A DNA stretch of 43,416 nucleotides, from the NCBI GenBank assembly GCA_904063045.1, contig CAJFCJ010000125.1:1-43416 (forward strand), read 5' to 3'. Under the pieces are notes generated by a model. It was not told where the DNA came from. It did not search any database and worked only from the letters and a program-made list of their open reading frames with translations. Shown here one piece after another: positions 32,414 through 43,416 of the stretch (position 1 is its first letter; every line of letters starts with the position of its first letter). This stretch comes from Dimorphilus gyrociliatus. Taxonomy: Eukaryota > Animalia > Annelida. A program made the position numbers and the translations under genes.

Positions 32414-33901
32414 TCATTATCTCAAAAAATATTAAAGCATAACCTATTGAAACAAATAAATTGAAAAAGGAAATTTCAATCCCCAAAGTGAAATACAAAA
32501 AATTTCTACAAATTTGACACATGTGACTACAATGTCAGGTGATTCGTCAATTAATCTCATGTTTTTATAGATATTTTCTACTTGGTCAATTTTTCATCCT
32601 ACTTAGAATCAAGTTATTTTCTCTTGTAGCAGCTTTAATGGCTCTATTTTTACATATAGAGAAGATAACAACAATGTTGTTCTAACTGATAGATGATTAG
32701 ACTAGATGATTAGTTGGTAGTCTAGTTCTTTTAGAGAAAAGGCACAATAAATAGTCACTTTATAAATGTAAAATATGTAGACAAATTATCAATATGAAGA
32801 TATGTGAATTGAGTGATAACATTTGAAACTGCTTCAATATTATATTTCGCTGAAAAACATGATTTATCTGAGAATGGGGCGATGGGAAAAAGATTTCAAA
32901 AGGTTTGCAAGTCACTCATTTACCCTTCTAAATCAATGAAAATAATAACGATATCTCTTTGCTTGAAGATTCATTTAGAAAACGTGTTTATCTATCTGAC
33001 AAAGATTAAATGGAAACAAGAGGTAATTTGCAAAGGGCCACAAACGTTTTTTAAACGATTTAAAAGAACTTAACATGTCTTCCTTTGACTTGAGAAATGA
33101 ATTGATAATCAAATTTAAAATCACAATATCCATTGCAGTGACTATTAAAGATTAGAAATTTTTTAACCATCTAATTCTAAAACTATTAACATTATTAGTT
33201 TTTAGAGTGAAATACAATATAGATGTCTCTGTAGTCAAATAGTCTGTAAAAATGCAAAATTACCAAGAAAACATTTCCTTGACTTGCTTCAATAGAATAA
33301 ATGTTCGCATTGTTGGTCTTTTAATACATATTTCTTAACAATTTAAAATATTTATACCAGTTTTTGTTGAGCATATTGAAACTAATAAATTATATCTTTG
33401 TCTGTAGTTCAATTGATACGAAGCTATTTTTTTGTAAAAAATTAAATATTACTTTTTGTAAATTTGAAAAAAATTTGCTCTATTTTCTTACATTTTTCAT
33501 ATTTTATTGTTTCTGTACTCATTACGTAATAATTGCAGGCATGAAATTTTTCAATCTAGGAAGAGATTTTTAAATATTTTGCAAATACTTCATTCTGACA
33601 AAAAAATTGAAAGAATGTTTGAGTAGCAACTAATAATTTGCTGTTGGTAGTTGTCCATAGTATTGTACAACTTTGGTTATATTTTACATGGTTGAACTGT
33701 ATTATTTGATGCAACTTATACATGTACATCTTAAAACCTACGCAAGAAAATGCTATAACATTGGACAAACATAAGTCTGATTAGTCAGCTTGAAGGCTCA
33801 TCTTTAATTACCAATAAAGGTTTGGCCAAGTTATAATTTAATTAACTTGCCTAGGGTGTGGCCAAGTTATAATTCAATCAACCTTCCTAAATGTTGAACC
33901 T

Positions 33902-34259
33902 TGTAACATCCTGTTACTAAACATAAATATGAACTACACATTTTGGCAACTGTAAAGTGATGATTGGATGTCAGAGGCAAACCTCAAAGTATATAAATCC
34001 TCACTATTCTCATTTGGCATGCAGCTTCCATCTGGACCCAAGGACCTGGGAAGATCTCCTGGAAACAACCTCCACTGGAACCATCCATCTACTCCTCAAC
34101 ATAGGAAGACAGTTTGGTAATTTGGCAACCTGCTATTACAAACTATCTATTCTGCTATTGAACTCTCATATTGTTACTTGCTTAAGTATTATCATTGCGA
34201 ATAAACCGTTTTAATTGAAACATTTGTTTAAAGGTTCGAGTAGAACCAGTATTGTTATA
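33902..34259 (+). repeat. Putative solo LTR
   Basis: Starts TGTAACA and ends TGTTATA; TATATAAA at ~33990, AATAAA at ~34200; less AT-rich than the flanks; no TSD seen. Confidence 0.45.
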
Positions 34260-36430
34260 AGTTGCAAACGCATAGATTTTGCCAGCAAGAGCAGTACAGT
34301 ATCTGCATATCTTCTCTCATGCCAAATATACTTAGAGTAGACGATTGGAAATTTGCAGTTTTAACTAGAGAAAATCCAACAACAATAAATCTACGATGAA
34401 CTGGTAATTTGATGAAAATTTCACTAGTAGCATAACCACAAAATGAATTATGATACATTTGTAAACTGCTAACAGCATATCCAATTGTTGCATTAGTAAA
34501 TTTACCAAAACTGGTAGTATTTTCACCAAGAACATATACTTCGCACAATTCCATGATATTATTGCCATCAATTTTATAGAACGATACTCTATCACCAAAA
34601 ATTTTACAATTAGACATTAAACATTCAATTTACTGTTTACTTTTCAAAGAGCATAGTTTCCTTGAAGATCCCTCACTAGAATTTTCAATAGTTAATTGTA
34701 TAGCCTCATAATTTTCTGTAAGAATTTACAGAAATGAAACACAACAACGACGTTTTGACCTCTTAAGTTCTACCTTTGATAAGAGGAAGAGGGAGTAGAA
34801 CAAGGACCTGCAGTATTTCATAGACATTGTCCAAGATGAGGCTAAATCTTGTTCATTGTTAAAGTTCCACTGCAAGAAGGATGAGAATCTCTTCTATTGC
34901 TTGTCATACCATTAATAACTTTTAGAGGTAATACATCCATTTCTGATACAGTAGGAAATATTGTACTGTTACCCAATTTGTCACTTTTAATAATTGGTAG
35001 AAATAAAAGATCGGAATTGGTGATTTCTTCACCAAAGACTTCAACCTCAAGAAATGATAGGCTACTAATTTGCATTGTTATATAAAACATAGCAAAGCGG
35101 CCAATAGGGAGCGGCTGTTGACAGTTCCAAATTTGATACTTATATATTGTAGTGCCACCAAAACTAAAAAAAGCATTGTTCAGCACCTGAACCTAAATGG
35201 CTGATATGAATATCTGGGATGCGACAGAAAACGTCCATAAATTCCTACTTTTACCCTAACCCTAACCCAACCCTTGGCTGTACCTATTTCCCAATAGCCC
35301 TAACCCTGAGAGGAGAGCCTCCTGAGTACAAATCAGTTGCTGTATTCTTCTTCCTAACTATGTTTCAATCCAAAATCTAACCTTCAAATTTCTCATTTAT
35401 GGACGTTTTCTGTCGACCCCGAATATCTGAATCATTGGACAATAATCCTCTCATAAAACTTGCATAGAACTGGCTTCGATTTGTAAGTTGTTGAGTAATC
35501 GCCATCTGTTGCTTGCTATGGAAGTGACTGTTTGTTCTCAAAAGACGATGACCAAGTTGGTTATTTCAACAGAATATTAATATTAAAAAAATCTGATGGC
35601 CTTAGATATTGTCGAAATATGACTATTTCTGACAAGGTAAGAACAACTCTTTGCATTGTAGAACGAAAGAAGGTATATTGGCCTTGAACGCCACCAACAG
35701 GAGATAAAAGACTTTGAATATGTTCCTTCGATTTTGGTATATTATCCAAAAGAGTGTCTTTATAAATAGATTCAAAAAGTATAAGTATCTTTACAAGAAA
35801 ATAATTCTATTTCTCATAATTGCAGAACATTATTCAATTTTTGTTCAAAGTTTATAGTAGTTGGAATTTGATTGGAAAAAGTGCAGACGACCTTTGTTTC
35901 TAACTTGAATGTTATCGGCGCAGGTATTAATTTTTGACCGGAAATAGATAAGTAATAATTGATTAACTAGAAAAAAAAAACCAATTAACAGAGCTATACT
36001 TATTAGTTGTTTGCTTTTTCATTTATCATTTGAAGGCCATAGGATAATTTTATTGACAAATATTTCGAAACGAACAAGCAAAGAAATTGAAGTTGATTTT
36101 TCCAACAATGGACTTAATTCTGGGCAAGAGCCATGTAAAGTATCATTGTGATACTGTCCATCAAAAACATGTTTTGGATGTTGATATGGTGTGTCAAATG
36201 TCCATGATTCCTTCACCTTTCCTTAAAATTAGATTCTTACCTGAAAAAATTTTACTTTGATTTTATAATACAGAAATTGATTAGGCATTTTTGACGCCTC
36301 TGTAAGTGGTCTTTGCAGATAAGCAAAAATTATTGATTGATTGGTGAAAAGATCAGAAAATCTTTGCTTGACTAAACGAAGCATTACTGCAATCTTCTTG
36401 AATACTCTAAAATATATTTCTGCCAATTTC
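34255..36430 (-). pseudogene. Multi-domain fucolectin/FTP (F5/8 type C-like) gene with a PAN-like remnant, disrupted
   Basis: Repeated FTP signatures: HVFDG...SC; GQY...LTLSEIVIF; GRF...LSFLEVEVFG; GDRV...MELCEVYVLG. Frameshifts and an in-frame stop at ~34630-34860. Confidence 0.7.
35216..35420 (+). mobile_element. 205-bp MITE with an internal telomere-like tract and 8-bp TSD
   Basis: 21-bp perfect TIR CGACAGAAAACGTCCATAAAT with GGG termini; TSD GAATATCT (35208-15/35421-28); lies in an intron. Confidence 0.92.
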
Positions 36431-36858
36431 ATCTGTGTAAATGATTTTTAGAAGGGAAAAAAATCTTGAATTTCGCCTGGATGAGAATGAAGAAAGTGAG
36501 AAATATACAAAAAATTTGTAATAATGTACATTGTTAAGGTGTAGTGAGCTAGTATATTATTATTTTGTAACAATTAACAAGCAAATCACTTTCTTCCTCT
36601 CTGTGTGACAAGGAAAACTGTAATGCTATCCAACTATAATATATTCTAGGAAACAAACTTTGAAGTCTTACCGATGATTTCAACCTGTCCTCAATTGAAT
36701 GTTTCTTTCTGTTTATACTCCGAAGGATAAATACAAATTTTAATATCAATAGGTTAATGCCTTTATTGAACGATTTTCTCCAGAACTATTTTTCTTTATT
36801 GATGCATTAACATCGATTTATTATTTAAAATTTTGTGCAAATATTATCTTATATTTGT

Positions 36859-37736
36859 TTAGACTAGACTCTCAGGAGAAAATTGCAACTGTTCCGATTT
36901 CCGCCAAAGCTTCCTTATATTGTTTAATAATTCAATAGTGACAAAGATCCCTGAGCAGTACCTAACACTTCCGGAGGTTGAGATTTCAATATCAATAACA
37001 GTGTCCATTATAAACGTATTATGTGCTCTATAAATGAATTTGTTAATATTGGTATATCTATAGCACTCTGGGAACATTTCTTCTTATCATTTTCCGGAGT
37101 GTGAATCTTGTTTCAAATTAAAAATCATAAAAGAAAGATTCAACAATAAAAATAAATCATTTGATTTCCGCTATGGAAGTTTTACAGTATGCTTGCATAT
37201 TTTTTTCACTTATTTTACGCATCGTTAGTGATAGAATATGAATTTCAATATATGATGTTTATAGTCATAATTTAAGTATTTGAATTAACATTACTCACCA
37301 CAATTCTCAACTTTTCCATAATAATCATAAGTATTATCAACTGAAAAAAGATTAGGTTTTGTATGCTTTGATTCACTATTAAAATAGCAGAGGCCTGAAG
37401 ATTTTTTGTAATCAATTGACCTTGAAAAGTAAATTGTTTTCAGCTTTCTTCCTTATCTACTGACTATAAAACTGACTTGCAAAGTATCTCGTTGTTGCAG
37501 TATTTTTGACAATCTTCAACGCTCGCGGAACCACTGAAAGAACCAGAGAATTCGGTGATTGGAATTGATGTGCCACTTATAGCTCTATTGGTAAAATATT
37601 CATACGGACAAGCTGCTTCTGAATGAACAGATCGTTATTTTAGAAAATAGACAAGTAAAACAAAACCTGAAAAAGACACTGGCCCGAAATATATCAATAA
37701 TAATGCAATATTAATTTGAAGGGTTGTTTGAAGCAT
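36859..37736 (-). pseudogene. Decayed paralog of the PAN gene at 31244 (signal exon + PAN + same C-terminal domain)
   Basis: Signal exon MLQTTLQINIALLLIYFGPVSFS; ACPY..SVEDCQKYCNNEILCKSVL* with stops. ECYRY..KFIYRA..IDIEISTSG..C aligns with ECAEN..KVIYTA..IQIEVSIFTLG..C. Confidence 0.7.
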
Positions 37737-38425
37737 TGCTGAAGTGAGAATGTAAAATTTTCTCTCCCTTCAAGAGGTTTTTAGCGTCTATAAATCAATT
37801 GATTGTTACCCAATTAATGATTCATTCAGCTAACGATTTTCAGATAATTTTGTCTATTGGAAAAATGATTGCAAGTAGACAAATATTTTTCTTCGTATTT
37901 TGATTTTGTGCTTCAAGGTCACAAAAAACCTCTATACGTTTCTGAACCTTATCCAAAGATGGACTATCAATCGTCCACTTTGTAAAGATGGTTTATAAAC
38001 TCCCACAAAAAGTTTTATAAGTCCTCCACTTTCCAATGGAAGGAAGGATTCTTGGTGATCCCAATCTTTAATTAATGACATTTCAAACAATCACTGTACA
38101 AAGAAGTAGTTTGTGCTAAATATAAAAAATTGAATATTAAAAAATAACATAGAGTATTTGTATAGAATATATTGATGCAAGCTTTCGTTTCGAATATTGG
38201 CAATCTCAGCATTTTTCAATAGACTTTGCGGATATAAAGGCCTAAATACAAGCGCGAAAAAATCTGTTGTATTAGATTAGGACTAGATGTCAGGACTAAT
38301 ATAAATCTTGCTTATTCCTCAATTAGGAGTTCTCACTCTCTTTGGAAGAGTGTTTTACAGTTTGACATTTAGCATTTTTAACAAGATGAACACCAAGTTT
38401 TTGGTTTTTTATATTTACCTATTAT

Positions 38426-39110
38426 TTATATTTTTAGGTGTTTTATATTGAATGTAAAAGAAACCGTTTTGGACCAGGAAAGAGATTTTGGAGAAAAATC
38501 ATCCGGTAATTGATAACCAGGATAAGAGAGGAAGATGCCAGATGTTGAAGCGAAAAACCTCCAGCCATCGGCTTTGCTATAATCGTTATTTGCCTTTTTC
38601 CATAAATCTGTAAGTTTTTCATACATTGCTAATTCATTTTTGATATTTTCTTTAAAGAATAGTTGAGTAGTGTCAACATCACAAATAATAAATCTGTTTG
38701 ACTAACATCCAAGCAAGTTGCGCCAACAATTCCATAGATTGATATACGAAGGCACATAGTTACTATTGTTAGATTGTAACAACTATTGAATTCTGGCATT
38801 GTTACAATGACTCGCGATTTTTCATCTACTCTTCTAGTATGTTTATAGTAAGTAGCTACCTGACGTTCCAATAAATTGATGTCAAAAATATGCTGAAAAG
38901 AGCCAATTATAATGGCGCCTACAGTAGAGTTAGCAAAGTTTTGTTTTGAAATACTATCTAAAAGTTCAAGTGTCGATTGGTACGCTTGACGTCACGAGTA
39001 TGATGATCTTTTCCCTGGGGAATTTATCATCATTTTCTGGCGGAGGATCAGCCGAAGAGATTAACTTGAAACTGTTTTCAAAGGCATCAAGGAAAATTAT
39101 GAACAGATTC
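38426..39110 (-). pseudogene. VWA + Cache-domain (alpha2delta/CACHD1-like) fragment
   Basis: AFENSFKL..KIIILVTSSVP (VWA-like); TIVTM..GIVGATCLD and WRFFASTSGIFLSYPG..DFSPKSLSW (Cache-like); frameshifts. Confidence 0.6.
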
Positions 39111-39299
39111 AGACTATAATAACACTAATTTAAGAGTTGGACATTTCAGGAAGCGAAATAGTTTGTCAACTGGCCGCGTAGAGTTGGATAAAAACCAAGA
39201 TCAGGGACGTTTCCCAAAGCAATTTAATCAAAAGGGAATGGAAGGAATATCAACCCAGAAATTTCATTAATCAGTATTGGAGTCCATTTCGAGATATTA

Positions 39300-39715
39300 T
39301 TTAATCTTTTAGCAGAAAATTTCAATTGAGAATATTAACCTTAATAATAACGTACTTCTGGATAGTGCTAAAGATAGTATTTTAAGGGGACTACTTAAAT
39401 CTTGCGAAATCTTGGAAGATTACTGAATAGCTGTAAGGTGATAGAATACATCAATTTGGAAAGTAATTTAAATATGGGAGGAGGAAAGGTTGGCATTATA
39501 GAGTGTTTGAAAAAATCCTCCAAGACCATAAAACTTTACGTCAAGAGTCCTTGAAAGACTTTTGGTCAATGAAAGAATTTTTAACAAAATTAATGAATGT
39601 GAAAATTAATTACAAAATTTTGGATTATAAATCCACAGTGAAGAGGAACAATGCAGAAAAATTGGAAATCTATTTGAAAATTGCTCTAAAATAGAGTGAA
39701 TAACTTGTAAACAAA
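39300..39715 (+). pseudogene. Decayed paralog of the RING-LRR repeat array
   Basis: IENINLNNN..ILRGLLKS; NLGRLLNSCKVIEYINLESNLNMGGG..IIECLKKSSKTIK; KIGNLFENCSKIE*. These are the same 56-aa repeat framework with deletions and stops. Confidence 0.8.
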
Positions 39716-40209
39716 TTAGTAGATTCAAAATGGACGTTTTGGGTACAGATGTTTAAAGTAATTCCAATTTCTCGGTTGCTAAATATTACTGGTAAGCTAT
39801 CTGTCGTCTTATTAAATTTCTTTACACCACTTTATATTTGTCCTGGCTTGCTCATAAATCTCCCAAAATCTGCTTCCTTTGACACTCCTCTTTTTCCTTG
39901 ACATGAATTCAAGGTAATTGTATAAGTAGTATAAAAAATAGATGTCAATATAGGAAATTGCCAATTTCTAAATACAATAGCTATCATTTGAATATTCATT
40001 GAAAAGTCTATTATTAATATTTTTAAAGACCATTTTGTAGAAAATGTTTAAACTGACAAGATTTGAATAAAAGAGTTGAAATCAGCTGAACAATAGAAGA
40101 TGATATTCATTATTCATTTTTTAATTAAGCAACTAATATTCTTGAAAGTATAACAGGATTACTATTTAAAATTTATACATTTGCAATTTAAAATTCTACA
40201 TAGCTAGAT

Positions 40210-41790
40210 ATGTTGATAAAAATATTTCTCTTTGGTATTATTCTCATTATATTACATACAAGTTTAGCTGAAAATAATAGTGAGTTTTTAATAGTTATAT
40301 TTTGTATTTAATTGAAAATCTCTTTTGAAGGCTTTTCATATTCAAAAATTGAGAATGTAAGGATGAAAAATAATAATATTTTAACTGTAGTTTATTATGA
40401 TTTTGGTGCAGATGCATGTAAAATGATATGTGACATATGGAATGTATGCAGGTAAGATTTTTCGAAAAGCTCCTTTTCTTTGCTCATTGTTGTTTTTTTT
40501 TAGGTCATTTAATGATAACATTCTATATCGAAAATGCAACCTAAAGAGCAAGAAGAAAGGCAATGGAACAATATTTGTTAATACTACTAATGTTAATTAT
40601 TTTGAAAAGGAAACAGCAGTTGGAAATAAAACATTTGAAGGTTTTTTCAATCAAAAAGATATACAGTATAGCCAAAAAGTTTTATGCCACCTGGTTAGTA
40701 CTTTGGTTAACCTACTATTTTAGATACGCAGATATCACTGAATAATTACTTAGAATTGATAGTAATTCAAAAGGGTTTGCTAAAAGGGGTCACTATCTGC
40801 TTAATCAAAAACTAGGGGGCTTAACTGCATAAATCAAACAAAATTGCAGAAATGCTTAAATATCTAGATGCAGTTCCCAAAGTATCTGGAAAGAGTTCAA
40901 GTTACAAGACACAATTGAAAATTTATCATAATGCAGCAGATAATACAAACTAAATGAGTGAGATTAGAGAATTTTAAGCCTTATATTAAGAAGAAATCCT
41001 CTCTGTGGAGCAAAAAATCTTATCAGCCCTGATCTTACTCCATTTATATCTTTTTTAATGTGCAAGAATGTTCAATTATTCAATAATTCTAAAAAGGGAC
41101 TAAAACTATGTCCACCCAACTCAATAGGGGTGGATAAACAAAATATTGAAAAGTTCCAAGAGTATTATTACTATAATTTCATAAAATATTATCATTATCC
41201 ATGTATTTAAATTCTAAAACAGGATCCTAAGGTAGATCTTCTTTTTACTGAATCCCCTTTTCTAAGGTACAATTACTAAAACTGGATTTTATAAAAGAAA
41301 GACAATTTTAACCATTTTTTTGTAAGGGATATTAATTTCTACATATTCCAAATTATGATTATCAACTCGAAGTAGTTATTCAGTGATAGCTTTGTATCTA
41401 AAATAGTAGGTTTATCAAAGTACTAACCAGGTGGCCTAAGACTTTTGTATATAGAACTCAATTGAAACTTGAAAATATTTTACAGACAATATTTATTTTC
41501 CAATGGATAATTTTACAACAACTTTAACGAGTATTTTACAATTAAGATCATCAGACAATTATCCTTTCAATATTGAAAATTGTAGGAATATTTGTAATAT
41601 AATCACAAATTGCACGTTTGTTTATATATATCTCTCTCTTTCATCATATAAATCTGTTACAAATTTTTTATAGAGGATTTGAACTTTACAACAACAAATC
41701 AAAGTGTGTACTTAAATACGAATTGAATGATGATAGTCCCATCACCTTTATTGCAGATAATAGAACAACATTTTATAAAAAATACTGTAA
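40210..41790 (+). CDS. Secreted PAN/apple-domain gene (one or two genes; middle exons unresolved)
   Basis: Signal exon 40210-40279, exon 40331-40451 and an exon from 40504 give ACKMICDIWNVCRSFN..KCNLKS. A second PAN, ENCRNICNIITNC|TGFELY..KCVLK, is split by an intron at ~41614-41660. Confidence 0.6.
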
Positions 41791-41800
41791 GTATCTATTT

Positions 41801-41984
41801 GGGAACCAGTCGAAAATGGCCATAAATGAAATATTTGAAGGTTAGATTTCAGACTGGGAAAAGTTTAGGAGGAATAAGACAACTATTGATATCTGTTTAG
41901 GGGCTCTTCTAAGGGTTAGGGGCATTAAAAAGAGGCTAGGGTTAGGGTAAAACCATAGATTTACGGCCATTTTCTACCACATCC
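41801..41984 (-). mobile_element. Second, diverged copy of the telomere-tract MITE
   Basis: Shares CCATAAATGA.A.ATTTGAAGGTTAGATTT and GGGTTAGGGTAAAA with 35216-35420 in reverse; TSD ATCTATTT/ATCCATTT (7/8). Confidence 0.8.
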
Positions 41985-42876
41985 ATCCATTTGCATTTAT
42001 TCAAAAAAGCAAACAAATTTTTAATTAATTCATTTTATTAAAACATGTCAACATGTGTTATCTAGTAGGCTTAGGTTAGGAACTTTGAAGTTACGCTTTT
42101 CAGCATTCAAATTGAACAACTTACACTATAAAGCCATTGTAAATTATTGGCTATAACTAGTTCATAACAACAAGGATAAGATTATAGCAAAGGAATTAAA
42201 AGAGATTTATATCGCCTGACTCATAGTTGAATACTTTTCCTAATGTTTTCTAACCAAATCTTGAATTAAGAAGTATAAAGAAATCAATTTACAGCAATCA
42301 ATATGACTACATACTATGAAATTTAAATGAAAATACTCTTCTTTTGCCACTTAATAAAACTTAATAAAAAGTGACTTTTTTAAAACCTTTCTTGATGAAT
42401 TGTTGGACTTTTCATCTGATTAAAAAATATTGCCATATTGATTTTTGTATTTAAGCATCACCTCCACAAATTCAATTTTTCAATAAATAACGTTAGAATA
42501 ACAAGAGATGACTGACAAATCTATTTTGGTTAGTGTATAATTAATGTAGATTTTTCTCTAGGCTCAGCTATCTAAGCTTGAAGGACTCGTGAATGGGCGC
42601 TGAATTTCGAGTTGCCCTTGTTAACCGTCTCTACTCTTTAGTTGGTCAAAGTATATTTTATGCTTAACTTTATTGAATTTTATAAATTTAGAATTTTTTT
42701 CCATTAAAATCGTGAATTGAATCGACAAGAAATTTATCTAAAAATAGCAATAAAGAATAGGAAACCGATAGGAAATAGAAATTGATGAAACTGTAAATTA
42801 ATTTCAAGACGGATTATTATGAACAACACTTGAAATAATATGTAATTGAATAGCTGATGAATGTAAAATATTCAAT

Positions 42877-42919
42877 GAGAGAGAGCGAGAGAGAGAGAGA
42901 GAGATAGAGAAAGAGAGAG
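42877..42919 (+). repeat. (GA)n microsatellite
   Basis: Directly visible, about 50 bp upstream of the ATG at 42966. Confidence 0.9.
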
Positions 42920-42965
42920 CTAGCCAACAACTACCCTGACAGACAGATAGACAGAAACAAAGAAA

Positions 42966-43277
42966 ATGAATATTTATTTGATAATATTTCTTCAATTGTT
43001 TCTTTGCAATAAAATCATGTCAAAAGTGTGTCATAACAAAAATCTTCTCTTCAACAAATCTGATGATAATGTCACTCGATATGATTTTGGATTTTTAAGA
43101 GCAACTCACATAAACAATCAGACTTATCATGTTAGATACAGCGTTAAAAATGCAAAAGCTTTTTGCAGACACTTTGGTTATAATCCAATATTTGCAATGA
43201 TAACAACAGATGGTATACTTGTTAATGATTATTATTACGATATTACTTCGGATGCGTATAAATGTTTTCATATGTAA
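42966..43277 (+). CDS. Small secreted protein of unknown family (103 aa)
   Basis: Hydrophobic N-terminus MNIYLIIFLQLFLC, several NxS/T sequons and AKAFCRHFGY. May splice at its 3' end. Confidence 0.5.
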   Translation: MNIYLIIFLQLFLCNKIMSKVCHNKNLLFNKSDDNVTRYDFGFLRATHINNQTYHVRYSVKNAKAFCRHFGYNPIFAMITTDGILVNDYYYDITSDAYKCFHM

Positions 43278-43416
43278 ATTTGAATTTTTCATTAATGAAT
43301 TCAAAAATTCAAAAATTATCTATTTAACAGAAAATTTATAAAAAAACCATCAACCTTTTTAAGAATGATTTTGAAATGCTACAAATTGAATGCGCCACCA
43401 TGTGAGATTAACTCAT

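Noticed and set aside
3543-35515. CTCF-like (AG(A/G)TGGCG) and YY1-like (AAAATGGCG) motifs at ~3543, 21361, 23757, 30485, 35500
   Set aside because: Short motifs with no independent support; cannot be separated from chance without ChIP or conservation data.
1-43416. CRISPR arrays, rRNA, tRNA genes, prokaryotic operons
   Set aside because: None seen. Repeats lack constant-repeat/unique-spacer structure; the tRNA-like matches are only PBS complements; the DNA is spliceosomal-intron eukaryotic.

Overview
AT-rich eukaryotic (animal) genomic DNA with very short GT-AG introns (about 50-70 nt) and one assembly gap (10416-10425). The gene families present (multi-C1q, GRL101/LGR-type GPCR, fucolectin/FTP, PAN/apple) suggest a compact-genome invertebrate, probably a lophotrochozoan; this is inference only. 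The left half is transposon-rich. It holds a decayed Neptune-like Penelope element (RT + GIY-YIG) with a minimal hammerhead ribozyme, a degenerate ~182-bp tandem array, and a decayed Ty3/Gypsy element bracketed by a >=236-bp inverted repeat. It also holds Mutator-like transposase relics and, at 25-29.7 kb, a second Gypsy complex with an env-like ORF after the integrase. Apparently intact host genes: a two-exon secreted prepropeptide, the 3' part of an ITIH-C-terminal-domain gene, a triple-C1q gene (one in-frame TAG), an intronless RING + 12x56-aa LRR gene, PAN/apple-domain secreted proteins and a small secreted protein. Decayed lectin/LRR/PAN/VWA-Cache paralogs surround them. The strongest leads are the RING-LRR receptor-like E3, the env-like Gypsy ORF, the Cys-rich prepropeptide and the PLE ribozyme/telomere-like junctions. 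All domain calls are motif recognition by eye; no database searches were run.
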